Below, one piece after another: positions 29,722 through 37,856 of a stretch of DNA of 64,000 bases (its first letter is position 1; each line of letters opens with the position of its first letter). Below the pieces are notes generated by a model, which did no database searches, was not told where the DNA came from, and worked only from the letters and a program-made list of their open reading frames with translations. A program made the translations under genes and the position numbers. Source of the DNA: an uncultured bacterium (GTDB lineage: Bacteria > Patescibacteriota > Microgenomatia > Levybacterales > UBA12049); assembly GCA_963826535.1 (NCBI GenBank), contig CAWGXL010000010.1, positions 362,814 to 426,813 on the forward strand. The letters run 5' to 3'.

Positions 29722-30809
29722 TTGCTAATATTTGTCCTCGTTTTAACTGGATACTGCGGTGTTATATAGCGAATATTTTTTGATATTAACGTTAGAAGTG
29801 CTCTTGTATCTGTAAATCTTTGCTTGCTTTTCATAACTACCACAATAAAAGTATGCCCATTCTCCACTTTTGATGTTACGAGTACCTGTCCTGCCCCTTC
29901 TGTAGTACCTGTTTTAATTCCATTCACACCATCTATACCAAGAAGTTTGTTAAGATTAGTAAGTTGAATTTGCCTTTTCCCGGTTACGTCGTATATATCC
30001 TTTTGTTTGGTTGCAGTTATATCCGCTAGTAATTTATTTTTAACGATTAACGAAGCCAGACGTGACATGTCAGAAACTGTTGAATAGTTACTGTCATCAT
30101 CTAATCCGGCGGGATCTTTAAAATATGTATTGCTTAGATTTAGCTCCCGGGCTTTTTCATTCATTTTCGTTACAAATGCTTCAGATCCTCCCGGATAATT
30201 TTGGGAGATTGCATAAGCAGCTTCATTGGATGATGGAAGAAACATCGCGAAAAGCAAGTCCTTGAAATAATATTTTTCACCTTGCTGAAAACCTAAATTT
30301 GAACCTTCAATTTTTGGCGTGTAGATTGTCAAAACTGAATTTTCCTGAAAATAATCAAGCGCGACGACTGCGGTCATAATTTTGGCTGTAGATGCCATAG
30401 AAAATCGAAGATTTGGATTTTTTGCATGGAGAACTATTTGCGAATCGGCATCGGTAATAATAGCAGCTGATGCGGAAATATCCGGAATAGTGTAGCTATT
30501 CATTAAAGGATATGTGGAAAGTTTAACTCTGTAATCTAATCTATAAAGCTCGTGCTCTTTTATAGTATTTTCATATTGCTGATTAAGATTATGAACTGTT
30601 AAAAAAATGACAAATATAACAATAACTATAAGTCCTAATTGGAGATCAAACTCATATTTTTTAAGGAAAATAAATGGCTGCATAGTGTTCCAAAGTGAAA
30701 CATTGTTATTCTTCTCAGCCTTTTTATGTTCGCGTTGTACTTTATTATATAAGTTTTTGAATTTCTTTGGTTTTAGCATCTTGGTGGATCGAAAATCTTT
30801 CATCAACAC
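29712..30809 (-). CDS. D-alanyl-D-alanine carboxypeptidase (PBP5/6-like, peptidase S11)
   Basis: SxxK (STAK), SxN (SSN), KTG (KTGTT) motifs; N-terminal TM. True start probably internal (30779 or 30683) because of overlap with the downstream ligase gene. Confidence 0.75.
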   Translation of the reverse strand: MLMKDFRSTKMLKPKKFKNLYNKVQREHKKAEKNNNVSLWNTMQPFIFLKKYEFDLQLGLIVIVIFVIFLTVHNLNQQYENTIKEHELYRLDYRVKLSTYPLMNSYTIPDISASAAIITDADSQIVLHAKNPNLRFSMASTAKIMTAVVALDYFQENSVLTIYTPKIEGSNLGFQQGEKYYFKDLLFAMFLPSSNEAAYAISQNYPGGSEAFVTKMNEKARELNLSNTYFKDPAGLDDDSNYSTVSDMSRLASLIVKNKLLADITATKQKDIYDVTGKRQIQLTNLNKLLGIDGVNGIKTGTTEGAGQVLVTSKVENGHTFIVVVMKSKQRFTDTRALLTLISKNIRYITPQYPVKTRTNISNYF

Positions 30810-32169
30810 GCTCCATATCTCTCGGAAAAAGAGACGCTTCCCTTACATTGGAAAGTCCCATTACTTTCATAGTTATCCTTTCCAGCCCAAAGGAAAATCC
30901 CCCTTCCGGTGGCATGCCATAACGGAATGCCTGCAAATAAATTTCAAACTGTTTAGGATCCATCCCTCGATCTTTGATAGCGTCAATTAATTTTTTATAA
31001 TCATCAATACGCTGACTACCACTCATTATCTCTACACCTCTGAATAACAAATCATAACTCAAGCTAAATTCAGGATTTTTTGGATCCGGCATTGTATAAA
31101 ATGAGCGTTTTAAAGTAGGGAAGTGTGTAATTGTAACAAAATCACTTTTATGTTTCTTTTTTGCCCACATACAAATATCAACTTCGTCTTGCGGGGCCAG
31201 ATCTTTTTCACGACGCACATCCCGGCCAAATTCTTTAAAAATAATTTCCTGAGCTTCGCGTAAAGTTAACCGGGGAATCTTGCCAAATAGTATTGGTTCA
31301 ATATCGTATTTTATTTGAAAATCCATCGATACTTTTTCTGTATACTTTAGTGTCTCTACTGCAACCTCCTCAAATAAATCTAGTAAATCTGTAAAAGTAA
31401 CAAATGCGAATTCGCAATCCATTTGAGTTGTCTCGGTTAAATGACGGGTGGTAACTGAGGGCTCAGCCCGGTAGGCATGAGCTATAGTAAAGACACGTTC
31501 AAATACGGCAACCATAATTTGCTTGTAAAGCTGCGGGCTTTGTGTAAGAAATGCTTTATGTTCAAAATAATCAATCATAAATACTTCTGCTCCCCCCTCA
31601 GTGGCACTTGCAGCAATAGTTGGCACTACAATTTCTATACATTCCAGCTTCTGACTGATCCGTCTAAAACCTTCCAGAATTGCGCTTTGAATTTTGAATA
31701 TAGACTGAATCCGTGCGTGGCGAAGTGTAAGGGATCGATTATCAAGAAGAGTAGGTAATTCAAGATTAAGAATATCCTGTCCCATATCAAACGGTAGGGT
31801 AGCTGCTTGAGCAAAAATTTCAGCCTCAGTAGCCTCCAATTCAACCGTACCGCTTATAATTTTTGGATTAATCAGCCTATCAGGCCTATTATTTACTTTA
31901 CCGCTTATAGAAACAACATCCTCAGGATGAAATTCACTGGCAAGCTTGTGAGCCTCTACAGATACCTTCGGATTGAAAACCACTTGCAACAACCCCGTAC
32001 GGTCACGAATGTCTATAAAAATGAGCTTACCATGATCCCGTCGTGCCTGAACCCAGCCCTGAACCAAGACCTCGTTATTTATTTCTTTCACCGTATCCCT
32101 CACTAATATTCTTGCTTTTTGTTTAACCATAAATAAATTACCCGCCTTCAGTATATCCTTCCCGCCCAC
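30745..32169 (-). CDS. asnS/aspS: Class IIb aminoacyl-tRNA ligase, aspartate/asparagine type (AspRS type 2 or AsnRS)
   Basis: N-terminal OB anticodon-binding domain (VLVQGWV...RDHGKLIFIDIRD); class II motifs YRAE and GGFSFGLERI. Confidence 0.8.
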   Translation of the reverse strand: MGGKDILKAGNLFMVKQKARILVRDTVKEINNEVLVQGWVQARRDHGKLIFIDIRDRTGLLQVVFNPKVSVEAHKLASEFHPEDVVSISGKVNNRPDRLINPKIISGTVELEATEAEIFAQAATLPFDMGQDILNLELPTLLDNRSLTLRHARIQSIFKIQSAILEGFRRISQKLECIEIVVPTIAASATEGGAEVFMIDYFEHKAFLTQSPQLYKQIMVAVFERVFTIAHAYRAEPSVTTRHLTETTQMDCEFAFVTFTDLLDLFEEVAVETLKYTEKVSMDFQIKYDIEPILFGKIPRLTLREAQEIIFKEFGRDVRREKDLAPQDEVDICMWAKKKHKSDFVTITHFPTLKRSFYTMPDPKNPEFSLSYDLLFRGVEIMSGSQRIDDYKKLIDAIKDRGMDPKQFEIYLQAFRYGMPPEGGFSFGLERITMKVMGLSNVREASLFPRDMERVDERFSIHQDAKTKEIQKLI

Positions 32170-32175
32170 ATCCTT

Positions 32176-32262
32176 GTCATTCCCGCGCCTGCCCGCCTAT
32201 GGAGGGAAGGCGGGAATCCAGAACTTTATTTGTATAGATTCCCATTTTCATAGGAATGACAT
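32176..32262. repeat. GC-rich palindromic repeat (MITE/REP-like), copy 1: GTCATTCCCGCG...GGCGGGAATCCAGAA ... TAGATTCCC...GGGAATGACA
   Basis: Terminal inverted repeat TGTCATTCCC/GGGAATGACA; internal CCCGCC/GGCGGG hairpin; second copy at 37701..37813. Confidence 0.6.
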
Positions 32263-32293
32263 CGAGAATTTATTGTACAACTAAATTAGCCTC

Positions 32294-32323
32294 TTGACAA
32301 GAAGCTTAACAATTTATATAATT
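32294..32323 (+). promoter_or_regulatory. Consensus-like sigma70 promoter (TTGACA-18-TATAAT)
   Basis: cTTGACAagaagcttaacaatttaTATAATtt; near-identical to 34169..34197. Confidence 0.7.
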
Positions 32324-32383
32324 TAACCTATAAATACTATAAGACTCTTAGCTCAACAGCAAATATTTGTTACTATTAACTTT

Positions 32384-32467
32384 CTCCTCCGCACAGTTGT
32401 GTAGGAGTTTGATAGAGAATATTAAACAAAATTCACTATCAATCTCCTCAAAAGAGGAGATTTTTTT
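32384..32467 (+). promoter_or_regulatory. Structured 5' leader with mutually exclusive hairpins: P1 (CTCCTCCGCAC...GTGTAGGAG), antiterminator (GGAGTTTGATAG with CTATCAATCTCC), intrinsic terminator (ATCTCCTCAAAAGAGGAGAT + T7)
   Basis: Pairings read directly; second copy with compensatory changes at 34256..34340. Confidence 0.6.
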
Positions 32468-32490
32468 AAATTGTTCGAAAGGAATAAATA

Positions 32491-34080
32491 ATGAATTCAG
32501 AAAGAGATATTGTACATCAGAAAGATATTAAGCCTAATTCTACACCCCCCACCAGGGATAGAACAAATGTTGGGGAAAGAGTATTGACTGTGGTGCCAAC
32601 CCCTGACAAATTTCAACCTGATACTTCTCAAGATCAAGACATTTCTCATGTTCGACTCTCTATGTATAAGCCAGGCGCACTTGAAAAAGGTGAACTCGAC
32701 AAACTAACAAAACAATTCTTCGGAAATAGGGCAAAATGGCTTAAAGTATACACAAATGATGACGAGCGTTTTGCGAAACGCGAAGCTAAAAGAAAAGAAA
32801 AATATCTTAACTCTAACCCGGAAGTTAACAGTGATACTTACGATCGCAATCGTCACGTAAACTTACGCGAGCGCAGAAAATCAGCTAGAAGAGGAATAAA
32901 TAATCATTTTTATAATGCCGTAGAAGAACGATTTGAAGTAATAGATGAAAGCCCTAGGAAATTTGCTGACAGACAGTATAAGCAAGCTACAGATGCCATA
33001 AGATCTGTTGCTGACACTCTTTACCCGGAAAGTGGAATAATAGGCTTAAGAAATGAGACAGGTTTAATTCCTATTAGTCCGGCGATGGTTATTGAAGAAA
33101 TCTCATCAAATAAAACATCCTCTATCTTAAGGCGCGAAGAAATATTACGTCAGCTAAATGCATATACTTCAGCAGAATTGGATAAAAGAAATGGTAAACT
33201 AGAAGCTGAGAGGAAACTCGCTCAAATTCAACATCTACTTAACCGGAAACTATTCGAAGAGCCTATCGGTGCAACAGAAAATGTGGAAGTAGATGCACTT
33301 TATGATAATAAAACAAATGCTGTTGAATTCATAGATGGAATTGATGGTCGTGTATATAAAGATTATGTCCCTGAAGGAAAACATGTAAAAACTCGCGAAT
33401 TGACCATGCGGAAACTAAGAGACACTGATATTCGTATTTATACTAATCCTGATGTTAAGAAACAAGACAGTTCAATTGTCAAAGCCATAAGAAAAACTCA
33501 AGAAGCTGTAAAAGAGGGAAAAGGAGACGAAATTAGAGTTGAAGATTATGTTCAAGACACCCATAGAGTACTGTTTGCTGTAGATGGAGGGCCAGAAGAA
33601 TTAGATGAAGTAGTTGAAAAGATTAAGAATCTTTTGGTGGATCCTGATAATCAACAATATTTAGCCAAACTTGATAATGCAGATGAACCGATGAGAGGGG
33701 AAGATGGGGAATTAATTGGAAGAGTTGTTTCAGTTAAAGATGATTCTAAAACTAACGGCTATGAGACTCAATCAAAAAATGTAAAATGGACAAGATTGCA
33801 GGTTAAGTTCGACGATCTTATTGTACCAATTGAAATAAAATTTCAGGACATGAGACATTTCCTTCTTGATGAATTCGAAGTTGGCGAGTATGAACCGCAA
33901 AATGGTATTTATTCAGGAGCAGCTCATGATCTATATAGATATAATAGGGCTAAAAGCGTAATCCCATATTTTATCCCGGTTGAGGAACTTGACAAAAAAA
34001 TTGACCTGGACACACTTGCATCAAAAACACAAGAAAATATCGTTTTCAAATTACGTAATCAAACAAGAAAGGTAAAATAA
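32491..34080 (+). CDS. Hypothetical 529-aa cytosolic protein with nucleotidyltransferase-fold motifs (Pol-beta-type hG[KS]...DxD; RelA/SpoT-like GY..S...IEIKFQDM...AHDLYRY)
   Basis: EGKHVKTRELTMRKLRDTDIRIY fits G[KS]-x(9-13)-DhDh. GYETQS + 24 aa + IEIKFQDMRHF...AAHDLYRY parallels the RSH synthetase GYRSLH/EIQIRT..M..WA..EH..YK spacing. Highly charged N-terminal 290 aa with no match. Confidence 0.35.
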   Translation: MNSERDIVHQKDIKPNSTPPTRDRTNVGERVLTVVPTPDKFQPDTSQDQDISHVRLSMYKPGALEKGELDKLTKQFFGNRAKWLKVYTNDDERFAKREAKRKEKYLNSNPEVNSDTYDRNRHVNLRERRKSARRGINNHFYNAVEERFEVIDESPRKFADRQYKQATDAIRSVADTLYPESGIIGLRNETGLIPISPAMVIEEISSNKTSSILRREEILRQLNAYTSAELDKRNGKLEAERKLAQIQHLLNRKLFEEPIGATENVEVDALYDNKTNAVEFIDGIDGRVYKDYVPEGKHVKTRELTMRKLRDTDIRIYTNPDVKKQDSSIVKAIRKTQEAVKEGKGDEIRVEDYVQDTHRVLFAVDGGPEELDEVVEKIKNLLVDPDNQQYLAKLDNADEPMRGEDGELIGRVVSVKDDSKTNGYETQSKNVKWTRLQVKFDDLIVPIEIKFQDMRHFLLDEFEVGEYEPQNGIYSGAAHDLYRYNRAKSVIPYFIPVEELDKKIDLDTLASKTQENIVFKLRNQTRKVK

Positions 34081-34168
34081 AGTCAATGCTAATTTTGTCT
34101 GCTATTTCGTTGCCCTCGCAGAAAAATAAGAGCATAACATTTTCCAAACCTTTATACTTAACAGCATC

Positions 34169-34197
34169 TTGACAAGAAGTTTAACAATTTATATAAT
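34169..34197 (+). promoter_or_regulatory. Second copy of the TTGACA-17/18-TATAAT promoter
   Basis: cTTGACAagaagtttaacaatttaTATAATtt. Confidence 0.7.
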
Positions 34198-34255
34198 TTT
34201 AATTAAGAGGACTATGAAACCAACACAGCAACACCATATTGTTACGTTTAAGCAT

Positions 34256-34340
34256 CTCCTCCGCACTTGTGCGGTAGGAGGTTGATAGTGGAATAGCAAA
34301 CAAAAAAACTATCAATCTCCTCATAAGAGGAGATTTTTTT
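34256..34340 (+). promoter_or_regulatory. Second copy of the structured leader (P1 CTCCTCCGCAC-TTGT-GTGCGGTAGGAGG; antiterminator GGAGGTTGATAG with CTATCAATCTCC; terminator ATCTCCTCATAAGAGGAGAT + T7)
   Basis: Covariation relative to copy 1 preserves pairing (CACAGTTGTGTAG versus CACTTGTGCGGTAG). Confidence 0.6.
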
Positions 34341-34368
34341 ATGATTTTATCAAAGGAGGTGGAAAAAT

Positions 34369-34569
34369 ATGATTAGACATGAAGCATCTAAATACAGAAC
34401 AGATTCTCTGGGGCATAATTGGAGAGCATTACAAAGAGTAGGAATGTTCAATGAGACAAACGGTACAGCAAATTCAGGACCGGAAATACGAGTAATTGGC
34501 GGTAAAGATTACACAGTGAGTGCTGGAGTGATATCTCGCGCTAATGGCGATTACGGACAAAGGAGATGA
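34369..34569 (+). CDS. Hypothetical 66-aa Gly-rich protein sharing the leader and promoter of the 529-aa gene
   Basis: Strong SD AAGGAGGTG 7 nt before the ATG; no recognisable domain. Confidence 0.45.
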   Translation: MIRHEASKYRTDSLGHNWRALQRVGMFNETNGTANSGPEIRVIGGKDYTVSAGVISRANGDYGQRR

Positions 34570-34570
34570 A

Positions 34571-36241
34571 CTAATTTATCAATCTGAAATCTTTAATCTT
34601 TAATTGAAGCTTAGTATTCCCATTCCAAGTGTTCTCGTCAATCGAATAAGCTATATCGATTTTATCATCTATGTTTATTTCTCTCGCCATTTCACCCATA
34701 CCAAATGCTATAGCTTCGAATGTGGTATCAGCTTGATTTAGACTTAGTCGTAAATGTTTCCCCTCTCTGCCAAGTACTTTGAGGTTTTCAACATTTACAT
34801 TATAAGATACAAAAACCGGCTGTGGATTAGCCATGCCAAAAGGAGCAAGTTGTTGTAAAATTTTATAAAACTCATTGTTAATTTTTGATAGCGACATTAC
34901 GCAATCAATTTTCAGGGACTTAGTTAGTATTTCACCATTTAATATTTTACCGGCTGAAATTTCAAGAGACTCTTTAAAAAAGATAATTTTTTCAGTTTCA
35001 ATAGTAAATCCAGCAGCCATTGGATGACCTCCGACATTAACGAAATATTCAGGCGTAGAACGCAAAAATTCTATTATATTAAATCCATCAACAGACCGCG
35101 CCGACGCTTTACTATATTTTTCTCCCATTGAGATTACAATTGACGGACGATAATATTCATCAACTAGCTTTCCGGCAACCAGACCAATTACCCCTTGTTG
35201 ATAACTTTCATGAGCAACAATAAGAATTTTCTTAAGTGAATCTTCCATTTTAACAGCCAGACTTGCGTGTTCTGTCGCTTGCCTCATAAGAAGCTGCCTT
35301 TCGCGGTTGGTGAGTTCAAGTTTTTCAGCCAATAACTTTGCTTTACTTTTGTCTTTTGTACATATTAAACGTAAACTATCCATCGCACTTTCTATACGAC
35401 CTGCCGCATTAAGTCGTGGTGCTATAATAAAACCAACTTCATAAACTCCGAGATTTTGTTTTTCACATCCTGCTATTTTAAGAAGTTCAATTAATCCCGG
35501 ACGTCGTGTACGGTTTAATTTATCCAGCCCAAATTTTACTACAGCTCGATTGGCGCCGGTTAAAGGCACTAAGTCCGCAATTGTACCCAAAGTTGCCAAT
35601 TCAAGATGCTCATCATGTTCAAGATCATATACTCCGCTCATTTTCTTAAATTGCTGTACAATCAACCAGGCTATTCCGGCTCCACACATTCCGGTAGTAT
35701 GGACAATTGCAAAAGCATCAGGCAGTTTCGTGCCTTTTGTATGGTGATCTGTAATAATTACATCAATACCTTGTTCACGCGCAAACTTAACTGCCTCATT
35801 GGCAACAATCCCATTATCCACAGTAATAATAAGTTTCACACCGGGATTTTGGGAGAGAATATTTTCAATCCCTTTAATAGACAACCCATAACCCTCATCT
35901 ATTCTATTAGGTATAAACGGCAATACTTTAGTATTCAGATTATGCAGAGTTTCCCATAAAATTGCCGTACCTGTGATTCCGTCAACATCGTAGTCACCGT
36001 AAATAATTATTTGTTCATTTATTTCAATTGCCTGATTAACTCTATTCATTGCTTTTTTCAGCTGCTTTTTATCAATGCCAACACTTTCTATAGTGATATT
36101 CGAAAGTTTTGGGTAAAGGAATTCCTGAATTTCTTTTCTCTCAGTTAGGCCACGATTTTTTAGAAGAATCTTAATTATTTTCTCATTTTTTAAATTTGAA
36201 TCTGCATCTTTAAATTTATTTAAAATTATCCATCTCTTCAT
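34571..36241 (-). CDS. recJ: Single-stranded-DNA-specific exonuclease RecJ
   Basis: DHH family motifs (DYDVDGITG, ITDHH), DHHA1 C-domain, 556 aa. Confidence 0.85.
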   Translation of the reverse strand: MKRWIILNKFKDADSNLKNEKIIKILLKNRGLTERKEIQEFLYPKLSNITIESVGIDKKQLKKAMNRVNQAIEINEQIIIYGDYDVDGITGTAILWETLHNLNTKVLPFIPNRIDEGYGLSIKGIENILSQNPGVKLIITVDNGIVANEAVKFAREQGIDVIITDHHTKGTKLPDAFAIVHTTGMCGAGIAWLIVQQFKKMSGVYDLEHDEHLELATLGTIADLVPLTGANRAVVKFGLDKLNRTRRPGLIELLKIAGCEKQNLGVYEVGFIIAPRLNAAGRIESAMDSLRLICTKDKSKAKLLAEKLELTNRERQLLMRQATEHASLAVKMEDSLKKILIVAHESYQQGVIGLVAGKLVDEYYRPSIVISMGEKYSKASARSVDGFNIIEFLRSTPEYFVNVGGHPMAAGFTIETEKIIFFKESLEISAGKILNGEILTKSLKIDCVMSLSKINNEFYKILQQLAPFGMANPQPVFVSYNVNVENLKVLGREGKHLRLSLNQADTTFEAIAFGMGEMAREINIDDKIDIAYSIDENTWNGNTKLQLKIKDFRLIN

Positions 36242-36269
36242 ACATTTATGTCTGATATACTATAGCAAT

Positions 36270-37670
36270 ATGATAGATAAAATTCCAGCTCATGTTTTGG
36301 AAGTAAATAAGAAACTTAAAAAATCTGGCTATGAAGCTTATTTTGTAGGTGGTTGTGTACGGGATTTATTATCCGGCCGGGAAGTCAAGGACTGGGACTT
36401 TACAACAAATGCCATTCCTGAAGATTTACTTAAAATATTCCCAAATGCATTTTATGATAATTCTTTTGGTACGGTGGGAGTTCCCGTAGAGGATATTCAG
36501 GAAATAGAGCATAAAGGAATTATTGAAATTACAACATTTAGAACTGAAACTGCATATATAAACCGGCGGCATCCAACATCAGTGAAATGGGGAAAAACCA
36601 TAGAAGAGGACTTAAGTCGTCGTGACTTTACTGTTAATGCCATGGCGCTAAAAATCCCCCTAACCCCCTTTACTAAAGAGGGTCTCCCGCAGGAGGGAGG
36701 ATTTGACATTATCGACCCCTTCGGCGGACAGGAAGATATTAAAAAGAAAACAATTCGCGCTGTTGGAGATCCGAATCTGCGTTTTAAGGAGGACGCGCTC
36801 CGCTTGATGCGTGCCATCAGATTCGCTACACAGCTATCTTTTGTTATTGACGAAACAACATTAAAAGCTATTATAAATGATGCCCCCCTTCTAGCTGAAA
36901 TCTCTAAAGAAAGGATTCGGGATGAGTTTATAAAGATTTTGGCAAGCATTTATCCTTATGAGGGAGTAATGTTATTAAAAAATACCAATCTCCTTCAATA
37001 TATTCTTCCGGAACTTCTCGAAGGTATCGGCTTTTCACAAGAGCGCCCAGGTAGGCATCATAAAACTGATGTTTTTACTCATAATGTATTTGCATTAAAA
37101 TTTTGTCCATCAATAGATCCTCTAGTACGTTTTGCGACATTAATTCATGATATAGCAAAACCGAGAGTGGCTGACCGAGACAAAGACGGATATGTGATTT
37201 TTTATAATCATGATACAGTAGGTGCAAAAATGGCTCGTGAAATTGCTGATAGATTACGATTTTCAAAAAAAGAGAAAGAAAAAATTTCTACACTTATACG
37301 TTGGCATATGTTTACAGTAGATGAACACATAACTGATGCCGCTGTACGTAGATTTATCAGGCGGATCGGAGTAGAAAACATATCCGATATGATCGATCTT
37401 CGCATCGGTGACAGGCTAGGCGGCGGGACACAGACTGCTGAAAGTTGGCGTCTAAAATTATTTAAAGAACGACTCGAAAAACAACTCGCCCCAATGCCTT
37501 TTTCAATCAACGACCTGGCAATAGACGGGAATGATATTATGAAAGAGTTAAACATCAAACCGAGCCGCGAAGTAGGGGAGATTTTACAAAAATTATTTGA
37601 GGAAGTTGACGAAGATCTATCAAAAAATACCAAAGAGTACTTACTTCAAAAAATCCATAAACTTAAATAA
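36270..37670 (+). CDS. cca: CCA-adding tRNA nucleotidyltransferase with HD domain
   Basis: AYFVGGCVRDLL...DWDF head motif; HD motif region (HDIAK); 466 aa. Confidence 0.85.
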   Translation: MIDKIPAHVLEVNKKLKKSGYEAYFVGGCVRDLLSGREVKDWDFTTNAIPEDLLKIFPNAFYDNSFGTVGVPVEDIQEIEHKGIIEITTFRTETAYINRRHPTSVKWGKTIEEDLSRRDFTVNAMALKIPLTPFTKEGLPQEGGFDIIDPFGGQEDIKKKTIRAVGDPNLRFKEDALRLMRAIRFATQLSFVIDETTLKAIINDAPLLAEISKERIRDEFIKILASIYPYEGVMLLKNTNLLQYILPELLEGIGFSQERPGRHHKTDVFTHNVFALKFCPSIDPLVRFATLIHDIAKPRVADRDKDGYVIFYNHDTVGAKMAREIADRLRFSKKEKEKISTLIRWHMFTVDEHITDAAVRRFIRRIGVENISDMIDLRIGDRLGGGTQTAESWRLKLFKERLEKQLAPMPFSINDLAIDGNDIMKELNIKPSREVGEILQKLFEEVDEDLSKNTKEYLLQKIHKLK

Positions 37671-37700
37671 TAATTAACTGATGTTACGCAAAAATAATTT

Positions 37701-37813
37701 GTCATCCCCCTGAACAGGGGAATCCAGAAGGTATAAATAATTTTTTCCATTTATTTTTTTATAAGGAATAGATTTTGTAGCTACTAGATTCCCGCGTTCG
37801 CGGGAATGACAAT
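37701..37813. repeat. GC-rich palindromic repeat (MITE/REP-like), copy 2: GTCATCCCCCTGAACAGGGGAATCCAGAAG ... TAGATTCCCGCGTTCGCGGGAATGACAAT
   Basis: Same terminal motifs as 32176..32262; internal perfect hairpins CCCCTG/CAGGGG and ATTCCCGC/GCGGGAAT. Confidence 0.6.
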
Positions 37814-37856
37814 AATCTGCGTAATGTAAGTTATTAAATATAAACAATAAACAATT

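Noticed and set aside
34214-34285. 24-codon uORF in the second leader copy
   Set aside because: No ATG at the equivalent position in the first leader copy, so conservation is at the RNA-structure level.
36497-37633. Two minus-strand ORFs (150 and 141 aa)
   Set aside because: Both lie inside the cca gene, which has clear nucleotidyltransferase and HD motifs. They are Ser/Arg-rich shadow frames.
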